NCBI GenBank assembly: GCA_963801165.1
Contig: CAWDDT010000005.1
Span: 576,001-640,000 of the forward strand
Reading direction: 5' to 3'
DNA from: an uncultured bacterium
GTDB lineage: Bacteria > Actinomycetota > Acidimicrobiia > Spongiisociales > UBA5794
Length of the DNA stretch: 64,000 nucleotides
Shown one piece after another: positions 28,308-36,941 of this stretch; within the stretch, counting starts at the first letter, position 1, and each line of letters starts with the position of its first letter. The position numbers were made by a program, and so were the translations under genes. A model generated the notes under the pieces. That model was not told the DNA's origin. It searched no databases and worked only from the letters and a program-made list of their open reading frames with translations.

Positions 28308-28552
28308 GGTCTCGACAGCCTCATCCAGAGGATCGATACCCCGGTAGGTGCTACGTGGAGGCCAACCCGAAAACGGTCGGTTGTGTGCAAGGCTCACCGA
28401 GCCAGGTTCCTATCCGACCTAACGCTGGCGTCAACAGCCACCACCGGGATCCCGACTGCCACGCCTCGTATGGCACCTCGCTGCATCCCATCTCCTCTCG
28501 CCCCGACCTGGGCCGCCCGAGCTGAGGAAGGCGTCCGACAAACAGGGCTGTG

Positions 28553-28580
28553 CGGACACATAAGGATTGTCTGGGGCTCT
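28553..28580 (+). promoter_or_regulatory. Putative ECF promoter CGGACAC-N15-GGCTCT
   Basis: Upstream of the small secreted peptide gene. Confidence 0.45.
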
Positions 28581-28609
28581 CACAGTGGGAGCCCTGTTGG
28601 AAGGAGATG

Positions 28610-28927
28610 ATGGAAGTGGAGCTAGTCGTACGTCGTAGACTGCCAGCGCTCTTGCTTGCGTTGGCAATGCTCGTGGGGATGCTGGGCGTCACGGCCGGTC
28701 CCGCAGACGCGGTGGATTGCATCCGTGGTGACACGGTGAGCTACTCGAGCGATTGGGCTCGAACCGTCGATGTGAACGGCTATTGCGGCACTGTCGGCGC
28801 GAATCACAAATACGACCCGGTATGGAGCAGCAACAACTACTGGACCGGTTGGTATTACGGTGCCGACGTCGCCCAGACGCCGAGCACGGCGGAGCTGTAC
28901 CTACACGCACATTGGTCCAGTTCGTAG
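28610..28927 (+). CDS. Small secreted peptide (bacteriocin-like candidate)
   Basis: SD AAGGAG, Sec signal RRR...GPADA, ~70-aa mature part rich in W/Y with two Cys. Confidence 0.65.
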   Translation: MEVELVVRRRLPALLLALAMLVGMLGVTAGPADAVDCIRGDTVSYSSDWARTVDVNGYCGTVGANHKYDPVWSSNNYWTGWYYGADVAQTPSTAELYLHAHWSSS

Positions 28928-28932
28928 TTAGC

Positions 28933-29541
28933 ATGCGACTCGTGAGAAGCGTCGTTTTGCTTGGGCTAGTTGTCCTCGTTGCCGGTTGTTCAGGCAACGG
29001 GGACAACCCGTCTGTCCCGTCGTCGTCGGCCGTACCCGGAGAAGATATCCCGGGCCTCTATCAGGAGGCAGAAGCTGCGGGCGCCGACGAGAGCCAGCTT
29101 GCGGCACTTGCGGACGCTGTTGTCACCTTCGGTGAGTATGAGACGTCGATGCAGCAGACGTTTGCGTGCATCCGTGATGCTGGAGTTGAGGTGGTGGAAC
29201 TGGGGACGGACGAGTCACGCGGGTTCCCAATACTCAACTATGCGACGGCGGCCAGCGCCCCCGGCCTCACAGAGGCTGAGGTAGCGGCGGCTACCGAGGA
29301 TTGTATGGTGCGGTTTGGCAAGTTCGTGGATACAGCATGGCAGGTCTATAGCGATGAGGCTGTCGAGGCATCGGATGCTCGTTGGGATCGGGTGCGAGCA
29401 CCGCTTCTTGAGTGTCTCTCGGCGGCTGGAGAGGATCTCCCTCCGGATGCGTCGCGCACCGAGATGCTTGCGGCGTCGCAGCAGATCATGGATCGTGGCG
29501 GGGTGGATTGCCTGACCGAGGCTGACTTCTTCGGCGAGTAG
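28933..29541 (+). CDS. Lipoprotein with four conserved-looking Cys
   Basis: Lipobox VAGC, VTF.EY......AC...AG pattern. Confidence 0.75.
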   Translation: MRLVRSVVLLGLVVLVAGCSGNGDNPSVPSSSAVPGEDIPGLYQEAEAAGADESQLAALADAVVTFGEYETSMQQTFACIRDAGVEVVELGTDESRGFPILNYATAASAPGLTEAEVAAATEDCMVRFGKFVDTAWQVYSDEAVEASDARWDRVRAPLLECLSAAGEDLPPDASRTEMLAASQQIMDRGGVDCLTEADFFGE

Positions 29542-29564
29542 TAGGAGGCGACGACATCCGAGTT

Positions 29565-30587
29565 GTGCTGTTGTTCGTGACGCTGGTATTCCTGGTCCCA
29601 GGTGCGATCTTGGCTGCAATCGTGGTGGCAGGAAGCGATGACCCTTCTCCGCTGACGGGTGACGTCGCTTCGGAGCCGCTCGTTGTAGATGTGTCCGTCT
29701 CGAGTCGTCTTGACGAATACCGGGTCGCGCTCACTGTGAATAGTCTCCCGCCGGCAACGCTCAAGGCCGTAGGGCTGTCCGGTCGGATAACCGACGTCAA
29801 TGTTGCTTCTGGGGCAACGTTGACCTCCGGTGACCCGATTCTGGCAGTAGGTGACGTCGAGCGACTGGCCATGGTGGCCGACGGTCCGCTGTGGCGTGAC
29901 CTCGGCAGCGGCGACAACGGTGATGATGTCGAGAGGCTGCAGCGGTTCCTCACCGACCTTGGCTACGACACGAGTGGGGCGGACGGTTCCGTTGGTCCGA
30001 GCACGTTGGCAGCGATTCGAGCGTTCAACAACGACTACGGGTGGGGTCAGCCGTCGGGCCTGTTTCGTAGCGGTGCCGTCATCTGGATCGGGGCAACCGA
30101 CTTCGCTGTGGGCGAAGTGGCTGTCAAGACCGGAGATCTGATCGACGGCGGCCAAGAGCTCGCCATTGGCCCCGAATATGCCAAGTCGGTGACAGTGGCA
30201 GAACCGCCCAATGCCCCCAGGCAAACAGATGAGGACTACGTCCTGGTTGTAGAAGGCATTTCTGTTCCCTACGTACCGGGGTCGGACGTAATCGACGACT
30301 TCGATGACGCTCAAGCGGTGGCGAATGCAGTTGGTGACAGTGAGGAACCAGGCGGCGTCGTGCAACGCAATGAAGCTCGACAAGTCAAGGTCGTCCCCGC
30401 TACCGCGGTGGTGACGGATCAAGCAGGGGGACGATGTGTCTATGTCCCCGACGGATCTGGATTCCTCCCCGTTGCTGTGGAACCTATCGGCGGAGGCGTC
30501 GCCACTGTCGAGATAGACGCCTCGTTCAACCACGAAACCGTCCTCTCCAACCCGCGACAAGTTCTCGGGGCACCGACGTGCAGCTGA
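29565..30587 (+). CDS. Peptidoglycan-binding, membrane-fusion-like adaptor protein
   Basis: N-terminal TM, PLWRDL..G..G.DV..LQ..L..LGY...DG..GP.T..AI..F domain and VPATAV. Confidence 0.8.
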   Translation: MLLFVTLVFLVPGAILAAIVVAGSDDPSPLTGDVASEPLVVDVSVSSRLDEYRVALTVNSLPPATLKAVGLSGRITDVNVASGATLTSGDPILAVGDVERLAMVADGPLWRDLGSGDNGDDVERLQRFLTDLGYDTSGADGSVGPSTLAAIRAFNNDYGWGQPSGLFRSGAVIWIGATDFAVGEVAVKTGDLIDGGQELAIGPEYAKSVTVAEPPNAPRQTDEDYVLVVEGISVPYVPGSDVIDDFDDAQAVANAVGDSEEPGGVVQRNEARQVKVVPATAVVTDQAGGRCVYVPDGSGFLPVAVEPIGGGVATVEIDASFNHETVLSNPRQVLGAPTCS

Positions 30588-31216
30588 GCGCGACCGACAT
30601 CACACATCGATACGACCGCACAGCCTCACCGGTCCTCGACGACGTCACTCTTGAGGTGGGCCTTGGCGAGCGAGTAGCGGTGATGGGCCCGTCGGGCTCG
30701 GGCAAAACCACCCTGCTTGCGATCCTCGGCGGCATGCTCAAACCCACACACGGTCGTGCCGCCATTCACGTCGACGACGACCGAACCCTCTCGCCCGGCG
30801 GCTATGTAGCATGGGTACTCCAGACCAGCAACATCCTGCCCGACCGCTCCACCCTCGACAATGTCACTATCGGAGCCTTCGCCGCAGGTCAAAGACGACC
30901 TGCCGCGACACGCGAAGCCGGACATGCCCTCGGTTTGGTTGGCCTGTCCTCCCTTGCGACAAGGCCGGTGCGCCAACTCTCCGGAGGTGAGGTGCAACGA
31001 GTCGCCACCGCAAGGGCCATCGTTTCACGACGTCCGTTCATTCTCGCCGACGAGCCTACCGGCCAACTAGACCAGGCTACATCCGTACCGGTCCTTGATG
31101 CGCTCCTTGCTGACAGCGAGTCCAGAGGTGTGGTCGTTGTAACTCACGACCCTGCCGTCGCGCAGCGGTGCGATCGGATCTACCGGCTCGAGAACGCCCG
31201 ACTCGTGACGGCATGA
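30578..31216 (+). CDS. ABC transporter ATP-binding protein (MacB/LolD-like)
   Basis: GPSGSGKT, LSGGE.QR, ADEPTG.LD and VTHD. Confidence 0.92.
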   Translation: MQLSATDITHRYDRTASPVLDDVTLEVGLGERVAVMGPSGSGKTTLLAILGGMLKPTHGRAAIHVDDDRTLSPGGYVAWVLQTSNILPDRSTLDNVTIGAFAAGQRRPAATREAGHALGLVGLSSLATRPVRQLSGGEVQRVATARAIVSRRPFILADEPTGQLDQATSVPVLDALLADSESRGVVVVTHDPAVAQRCDRIYRLENARLVTA

Positions 31217-32352
31217 CTCGCACTCCGAACCCCGCACCTCGTCAGCGTTGGCCCCTAACAGCTGCGGTTGGAGAGGGAGTACGCAACGCGGCCCACGGCC
31301 GGACTTCTACCGCAGTGCTCTTGTTATTGATCGGCTGGGGAATCGGAGCACTCGCAAGCCTCGACGCCCGCAACGTAAACCAAATAGTCATCGAGGAACA
31401 GCAGTTCGTAGACGCCGGGGGTCGGGTTCTCGTCGCAGAAACACCCACCGGCGTAGACCGGCAGCGCTGCGACGCTCTCAACTCAAGTACCGGCGTGGTC
31501 GCGGCAACGGCCGTATCCCGTCTAACTGTCTTCTATGAGATCAGAGCCCTTCCCGGCAGCCAGGTCGCCGTCATCACCGCGACCAGCGGGATCGCCGGGT
31601 TTGTCGCCAATGCTGCTCCGGTCGGAACTCAAGCAGCATTGACTCCCCAACTCACAGAACGAATCGGAATCGGACCCGGCGAATCTATCGAACTAGTCGA
31701 ACCGAACCAACGCTCCGGACCAGTGACCACGAACGACACCGTTCCAGCAGAACCGCTCACCATCGGTCCAGCAGTAGATCTTGCTCTACTTGGTGACACC
31801 TACAACACCGGGGTGCTGATCCCGGCCGCTCCGATCGGGGTCGCGGATGCATGTTACGTTTGGGCTGAACCCAGCCACCTGGAAGCTCTCTCGGCGGCGC
31901 TCCCCGCACTACTCGTCCGTGATGGTGAAGAGGCTACCGTCCGACCGCGGCTCTTCGAAGGCGAGTTCACGGTGGACTACCAACGCCAGTACGACTCCCG
32001 AACGCTCCGTTATGGCTGGATCTTCGGGGCTGTCGTCCTCACCCTCGTATGGCAGCTACTCACCTGGACGCGCCGATCCCGGGACGCCCTATACGCCAGC
32101 GTCGGTGCTGATGCTTCTACTCGAGCGACAATAAGACTCACCGAGTGGATCGTGGTAGCAACTACAGGAGGTGTGTGGGCCACAGCAATAGGCATCCTGC
32201 TCGCAACTCACGGCGAAGTCCCGACCGACATTGCTTGGGAGTTCGTTGTCCGGCAGGTCGTAGCAACCCTCGCCGCCAGCACAGCATTGATTACTGTAAC
32301 GGGACTGCTTTGGCGGCGAGCATCGGTTCTCGCGGCACTCAAAGACAAATAG
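31213..32352 (+). CDS. ABC transporter permease (MacB/FtsX-like)
   Basis: One N-terminal TM, large extracellular loop, three C-terminal TMs; coupled to the ATPase. Confidence 0.7.
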   Translation: MTRTPNPAPRQRWPLTAAVGEGVRNAAHGRTSTAVLLLLIGWGIGALASLDARNVNQIVIEEQQFVDAGGRVLVAETPTGVDRQRCDALNSSTGVVAATAVSRLTVFYEIRALPGSQVAVITATSGIAGFVANAAPVGTQAALTPQLTERIGIGPGESIELVEPNQRSGPVTTNDTVPAEPLTIGPAVDLALLGDTYNTGVLIPAAPIGVADACYVWAEPSHLEALSAALPALLVRDGEEATVRPRLFEGEFTVDYQRQYDSRTLRYGWIFGAVVLTLVWQLLTWTRRSRDALYASVGADASTRATIRLTEWIVVATTGGVWATAIGILLATHGEVPTDIAWEFVVRQVVATLAASTALITVTGLLWRRASVLAALKDK

Positions 32353-32384
32353 CCGGCAAAGGCGCTGTCCAGCGCACCACCACG

Positions 32385-32585
32385 TCACCGGAGAAAACGG
32401 CGCCAGTGCCCAAGCGCCACACCAACGATGACAGCCGCTGCACACACAAAGGCAACAACGTTCCTCCGAAAGCGCCTCCGTAGCCATTCGCCCCGAGAAA
32501 CAACCTCAGATAGCGGGACCGAAAGACCGGATGCACGAGCAGTCGCGTTCCTAAGATGCGAAACGAGCCGTTCCTCAAATGCCAT
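32385..32585 (-). pseudogene. Truncated anti-sigma-like N-terminus
   Basis: MAFEERLVSHLRNATARA...LSEVVSRG..LRRRFRR plus TM, then an early stop. Confidence 0.4.
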
Positions 32586-32768
32586 GTCGTCTGCTTCATG
32601 TCCATGAACGCCCGAAGGCCCCGCAACGTTCCGTCCCCGAAACGGAATCGGCAGTCCCGCACCCGAAGCGTGGATATCGTAGGTTATCCGTGTTGGGCCA
32701 GGAGGGGTCCGAAGTCGCGATGCAGCGTCGCGTCCTGAAGCTGCGGCGAAACCGTCCCCGATCGCGAG

Positions 32769-32826
32769 ATATGGGCGATATCGCACCAAATACTGCGTGC
32801 GAGATATCGGCACTTCTGCGAGCGGG
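32769..32826. repeat. Repeated site A
   Basis: Left half matches 22772-22789. GTGCGAGATATCGGCAC is identical to 34433-34449. Confidence 0.65.
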
Positions 32827-32893
32827 CTGGTGAATGCTCGGTGTGGTCGGAAGGGCGAGCCAGGCAATTGGGCGATTGGCGGTATTGGTTCGG

Positions 32894-33304
32894 CTATGGG
32901 CGCAGTTCGAGGAAGCCGGCGGCTGCGAAGTCCTGGTCGAATGCGAGAGCTTCGCGGAGGCGACGGTCGCGCATGACTTGGAAGCTGGTGGCATCGACAA
33001 ACGAGTAGGTGCGTTCGTCGTGTTTGCGGAGCCATTCCCATGCCTTGTCCTCTTGCTCGGAGGTGACGCGATGAACGGTGAGTTTGGCCTGCTCGTCGAG
33101 GGCATCAATCCGGTCGATGAACCCGACCGCGGTGGTGTGTCCATCCTTGCGTCGTAGGAAGGTCCAGGTTTCACCCACAATGAGGTTGGTGGTGAGTACT
33201 TGTTCGTTGGGTCCGAGATGATCTAGCAGCGCCACCGCATCATCGTGTCGTCCGTCGCCGGGCAGTGACCAGGCAACCCACCAGCTGGTGTCGGCGAACT
33301 TCAC
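32894..33304 (-). CDS. vapC: VapC PIN-domain toxin
   Basis: FADTS, E, SFVDA and FD.DF acidic PIN residues. Confidence 0.9.
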   Translation of the reverse strand: MKFADTSWWVAWSLPGDGRHDDAVALLDHLGPNEQVLTTNLIVGETWTFLRRKDGHTTAVGFIDRIDALDEQAKLTVHRVTSEQEDKAWEWLRKHDERTYSFVDATSFQVMRDRRLREALAFDQDFAAAGFLELRP

Positions 33305-33531
33305 GAGTCGTACACGACCCGGTCGATCTCGCCTGGCTCAACCGACGCGTCTGGTGAGGCGAAACCGGCCAGGCGATGCCAAGGATCTTCCGCCGTATCG
33401 TCGTCCTGTTCGGGTAGGACGGCAGCCAATCCGCGGCGAATGAGCTCTGACTTGGAAATGCCACGCCTTTTCGCTTCGGTGGCGGCCTCTGCGTCGAGTT
33501 CGTCGGGGATCGTGATAGTGATCGTTTTCAT
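33301..33531 (-). CDS. vapB: CopG/RHH antitoxin (VapB)
   Basis: MKTITITIPDEL...A..RGISKSELIR; overlaps vapC. Confidence 0.88.
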   Translation of the reverse strand: MKTITITIPDELDAEAATEAKRRGISKSELIRRGLAAVLPEQDDDTAEDPWHRLAGFASPDASVEPGEIDRVVYDS

Positions 33532-33592
33532 ACCGACATCATACATACCAGCTGTGTCGTTGTATACATAGCTGACTCCGAGGCTGGCCCGA

Positions 33593-33660
33593 GATCAACA
33601 ATTCTGTTGCGAGAACGCTCACTTCGAACGGTGATCGAGATCGGCACGTCCGAGTGCGGG
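33593..33660. repeat. Repeated site B
   Basis: 42/55 identity to site C without gaps. Confidence 0.7.
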
Positions 33661-33691
33661 CGGGCGGCCACTCCGAGTCGTCACGAGCGGG

Positions 33692-34099
33692 TTAGTGGTC
33701 TGGGTGGGGGACAGCGATGACGGTGAGTCCGTCGATACCTGTGAAGTCACGTGGGTTGCACGTGTGTAGAGGTAGATCGTTGGCAACGGCGATGGCTGCA
33801 ATCATCGCGTCGTAAGCACGGGCTGCTGGTTTGCGTCCTGCTCGGCGCAACGCAGCAGCGACCTGGCCGAAGCTACGAGCGGCGGTAGCGTCGAAGGGGA
33901 GAGGGTCGAAGTCGGCTTCGGCTTGCTGGAGGTGTGCTTGCCGGGCGGCTCGTTCTTCTTCGGTCGAAGCTACCAGTGGTCCCACCGAGAGCTCGGCGAG
34001 TGTGATCGCGGTTATCACCGGCTCGGCGGGGAGCGGGTCTGTCTCTTGGAGACGTCCGAGCAGGATGAGTGTGCTGGTGTCGAGTATTCCGCGTGCCAT
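33692..34099 (-). CDS. vapC: VapC PIN-domain toxin
   Basis: LDTS, TLAEL..G, D.MIAA.A and T.N..DF. Confidence 0.92.
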   Translation of the reverse strand: MARGILDTSTLILLGRLQETDPLPAEPVITAITLAELSVGPLVASTEEERAARQAHLQQAEADFDPLPFDATAARSFGQVAAALRRAGRKPAARAYDAMIAAIAVANDLPLHTCNPRDFTGIDGLTVIAVPHPDH

Positions 34100-34102
34100 G
34101 GG

Positions 34103-34339
34103 CTAGAGGGCGGGGTCGAGGATCTGGTCGACGTCTTGGCGCAACCGGTCTGGGTCTAGGGCGGGGAGGCTTCGCCGTCGCCCGATCGCGGCGCCTAGCG
34201 ACATGGGTTCGCGGCCGAGGGGGCGGAGTTCGGCGACGGGCTTGCCTGATCGAGTGATGGTTAGTCGTTCGCCTTTTGCGGCGCGGTCGACCACGTCGCC
34301 GCCATGGTTGCGTAGCTCGCGGATTGATACTTCTGACAT
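34103..34339 (-). CDS. Phd/YefM-family antitoxin
   Basis: VSIRELRN...V......GE...ITR.GKPVA.L.P. Confidence 0.9.
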   Translation of the reverse strand: MSEVSIRELRNHGGDVVDRAAKGERLTITRSGKPVAELRPLGREPMSLGAAIGRRRSLPALDPDRLRQDVDQILDPAL

Positions 34340-34347
34340 ACCCGAAT

Positions 34348-34365
34348 CGTATCACGCGTGATACG
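34348..34365. promoter_or_regulatory. TA operator palindrome CGTATCACGCGTGATACG
   Basis: Perfect 18-bp palindrome just upstream of the antitoxin start. Confidence 0.65.
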
Positions 34366-34394
34366 GCTATGGAAGACACGCAACCAGCCACGCC

Positions 34395-34462
34395 GATCAA
34401 CAATTCTGCAGCAGGAACACGCACTTCACGCGGTGCGAGATATCGGCACCTACAGGATCGGG
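34395..34462. repeat. Repeated site C
   Basis: GATCAACAATTCTG...CACTTC...CGGTG...ATCGGCAC-N9-CGGG shared with B; right half shared with A. Confidence 0.7.
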
Positions 34463-34522
34463 TGGCCGAACACCCAACGTGACGATCGTCACTGGCGAGG
34501 CGTCCCGCCCCCGACGACGACC

Positions 34523-35485
34523 TCATGAGACTCTGGCGCCTTTACGGATGTTGCACCGCAGGTGAGCGGTCCACACGTTGTCCTCAACATGTCGGCCACC
34601 GGCGGCCAACGGGAGTCGGTGGTCCAGGGATGGGCTCTGGGGGTCGGGGTGACGGAGAGCGCGGTCGACGGGGCAGTGACAGAGTTGGCAGGTCCAACTG
34701 TCACGCTCGTAGATGGCGATCGGGTCGATGCGGTCAACCCCTCCGTCTGTTCCGGCCATGCGCTGCCGTCGTGCGTGGCGAGCAGTTGAGGCGGACGCAC
34801 GGTTCAGGGCCTTAGAGCGTTGGGAGAATGCCGAAGTCCATAGCGTCGGGATCTCCTCGGCCACGCAGATCGGGGCGGACCAGGAGTAGCTCCGGCCGTC
34901 CTCATCGAGGTCTCGGAAGGTCTCCCACGTCCAGATCCAGCGCTTACCTTCGTGGGTGAAGAAGGTCCGGACTGGGATCTGGTCCCCGGCGGGATCGAGA
35001 CACAGGAACCAGATGCCGCCGACTAGGCCGTCGGTCGTTGCGCCGACGATTGCGTGAGCCCGGGTGTTGTGGTGCAGACACACCGCCGCCTCGTGTTCCT
35101 CGTCACCGAGGAGATAGGGCTCACGGGGCAGGTACAGCGTCACCGAGCCATGGCGCTCGACCACATCGCCAACGAGTGGTGCCCAGCCGAGGAACTCGTA
35201 TGGGAACTCGGCAGCTGGATCAGTGCCGAAGACCACGCCGCCCGGATCATGCACCAGGGGGGTCGGTGTCGGCGTCGTCAGCGTGCCGCGGGTTACGCTG
35301 CGCCTGAGACGCCGGCGGAGGTTCGCGTTGCACTGGGGCGAGCACACGTGCCGGTCGCGCTGCTTCCAGTAGGCGCCGGGCGGGATGGGCAAACCGCATT
35401 GGACGCAGGGTTCCCCACCGGTTGCTCGTCCGTCGGGATGGAGTAGTTGCTCGTCATGCCATTCCCAGTAGGTGGAGTCGCCCAT
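34523..35485 (-). CDS. HNH endonuclease with N-terminal zinc-binding region
   Basis: CxxC...CSxxC N-terminus and C-terminal RD...CQLC...DH..P...GG.H...N....H..CN..K. Confidence 0.85.
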   Translation of the reverse strand: MGDSTYWEWHDEQLLHPDGRATGGEPCVQCGLPIPPGAYWKQRDRHVCSPQCNANLRRRLRRSVTRGTLTTPTPTPLVHDPGGVVFGTDPAAEFPYEFLGWAPLVGDVVERHGSVTLYLPREPYLLGDEEHEAAVCLHHNTRAHAIVGATTDGLVGGIWFLCLDPAGDQIPVRTFFTHEGKRWIWTWETFRDLDEDGRSYSWSAPICVAEEIPTLWTSAFSQRSKALNRASASTARHARRQRMAGTDGGVDRIDPIAIYERDSWTCQLCHCPVDRALRHPDPQSPSLDHRLPLAAGGRHVEDNVWTAHLRCNIRKGARVS

Positions 35486-35519
35486 GCGACCAGTATCGCG
35501 TCTAGGCGTCGGCGCACAA

Positions 35520-35776
35520 GGGCGCTGGTGGCTCTTCTCGGGGCGTCGAGCGAGCACGAGGGCCGCGGGCTCGGCGCCGGTCTCCTCGCCGACGCCATCA
35601 GCCGGGCGGCGCAGCTCGGCACCGAGATCGGATGCCGGGGCTTGCTGGTTCACGCCGAGACACCTCAGGCCCGCGACTTCTACCTCTATCTCATCCCCGA
35701 GTTCGAGCCGTCACCGACCGACGCCCTCCATCTCGTCTTGCTCATGAAGGACATCCTCAGAACCCTCCACGACTGA
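35520..35776 (+). pseudogene. 3' fragment of a GNAT acetyltransferase toxin (TacT/AtaT-like)
   Basis: HEGRGLG..LL.DA...A......G..GLLVHA....A..FY....FEPSPTD..HL..LMKD; N-terminal half absent. Confidence 0.7.
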
Positions 35777-35960
35777 CGCCCGGCCGTGAGCACGGCGAGC
35801 AGTCTTCCGCATCTCGGGGCGCGCTGGGGGCGCGGGAGAATGAAAAACGATGCAAACCACTGGGAGATGACCAATGATGATGAGTGGTCGAAAACCTCTG
35901 TGCCATAACGGTTTTCGGCATTATCGCCAGCTATTTGGCGACTTCCGAGAAACGCCCCGA

Positions 35961-36018
35961 ACGGTCTTGAAAACCGTTGAGGTAATACCTCCGTGGGTTC
36001 GAATCCCACTCCCTCCGC
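35961..36018 (+). repeat. attR (duplicated tRNA-Ser 3' part)
   Basis: 57/58 identical to 16307-16364. Confidence 0.92.
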
Positions 36019-36170
36019 CAGCGAAAAGTCCTGCTACACAGGGCTTTTCACTGCATGCGGGTCGATCGTTAGCACCGCACCAGCAGGCCCGATTGGCGCG
36101 CGGGGCAGCTCCGAACCCTGCATCGGGGGGCCTATCGACGTATGACAATTCGTGATACCATGCCCCCGGC

Positions 36171-36410
36171 ATGGCTCGAGCAATATCTGTACGACTCGAC
36201 GATGAAGCGCTTCACGCTCTAGGCCAGCTCGAAGCGGCTGGCATGACCCGTTCCGAAGCGATCCGGGCGGCATTGGTTGAGGCTGCGTCGCGACGCCGCG
36301 AAAAACAGGCGCTGGCAGCGGAAGTTGCCGCTCTCGAAGCCGACGAAGATGACCGGGCCGAGATGGCGGCAGTGGCCGACCTCATGGAGAGCCTCCGTGC
36401 AGCGGGGTGA
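36171..36410 (+). CDS. RHH antitoxin (MazE-type partner)
   Basis: AISVRLDD...G.TRSEAIR.AL; overlaps the toxin gene. Confidence 0.85.
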   Translation: MARAISVRLDDEALHALGQLEAAGMTRSEAIRAALVEAASRRREKQALAAEVAALEADEDDRAEMAAVADLMESLRAAG

Positions 36411-36714
36411 CATCTTTGACCTGCGGCTCCCTAAGGGAGTCGATCATGAACAGCGCGGGAAGCGCTTTGGCGTGGTGGTGCAATCGGATGCGTTTCTTCC
36501 GCGGTCGGTGATTTTGGTTGCCCCGACTTCCGCGAGCGCCAAGGCAGCATCGTTCCGGCCTGAGATCGAGATCGAAGGCTCATCGACCCGGGTTCTTGTT
36601 GAACAAGTCGGCGGAGTCGATATCAACCGGCTCGGAGACCTAGCCGGTCACCTCACTTCGGAAGAACAATGGGGTATCGACAACGCTCTGCTAACGGTTC
36701 TCGGACTGACCTAG
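36397..36714 (+). CDS. mazF: MazF/PemK family toxin
   Basis: RGDI.......HEQ.G.R..VVVQSD...VAPTS...EQ. Confidence 0.9.
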   Translation: MQRGDIFDLRLPKGVDHEQRGKRFGVVVQSDAFLPRSVILVAPTSASAKAASFRPEIEIEGSSTRVLVEQVGGVDINRLGDLAGHLTSEEQWGIDNALLTVLGLT

Positions 36715-36719
36715 CCGAG

Positions 36720-36941
36720 CCGACCACCAAGTCCCGGGCGGAAACGAGTTGGTGTCGAGTTCCCTGCATCAACAAGCTACAGCAACAACTAGACCGGTGC
36801 GGGCGGTATCAGCCCGGGGACCGGTCCTCGTCAACAACCGACACGATCACAAGACGTGCTGTCGATATCGACCCACCAAAGCAGCCGACCGATGTTTCCT
36901 ATGTCTCGCGACATGCCGTTCCCATGTCCTGAAACAGAGCA
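36720..36941 (+). mobile_element. Highly degenerate IS481-like remnant
   Basis: Fragments LQQQLDR and DIDP. Tandem ATGTC....ACA repeats at the right end resemble actinobacterial IS481 termini. Confidence 0.3.

Larger units (their letters stand above)
16307..36018. mobile_element. Integrative mobilizable element / genomic island in tRNA-Ser(TGA)
   Basis: 58-bp direct repeat at both ends with one mismatch. Integrase adjacent to the tRNA, MobF relaxase, accessory cargo. Confidence 0.92.

Noticed and set aside
32769-34462. Classical integron attC sites or Xer dif sites
   Set aside because: No proper RYYYAAC/GTTRRRY pairing with L boxes, no dif consensus, and the recombinase shows no recognisable IntI-specific insertion.
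16381-36018. Prophage
   Set aside because: No capsid, terminase, portal, tail or lysis genes.
35961-36020. Additional tRNA-Ser gene
   Set aside because: It lacks the 5' acceptor strand and D-arm; it is the att duplication.
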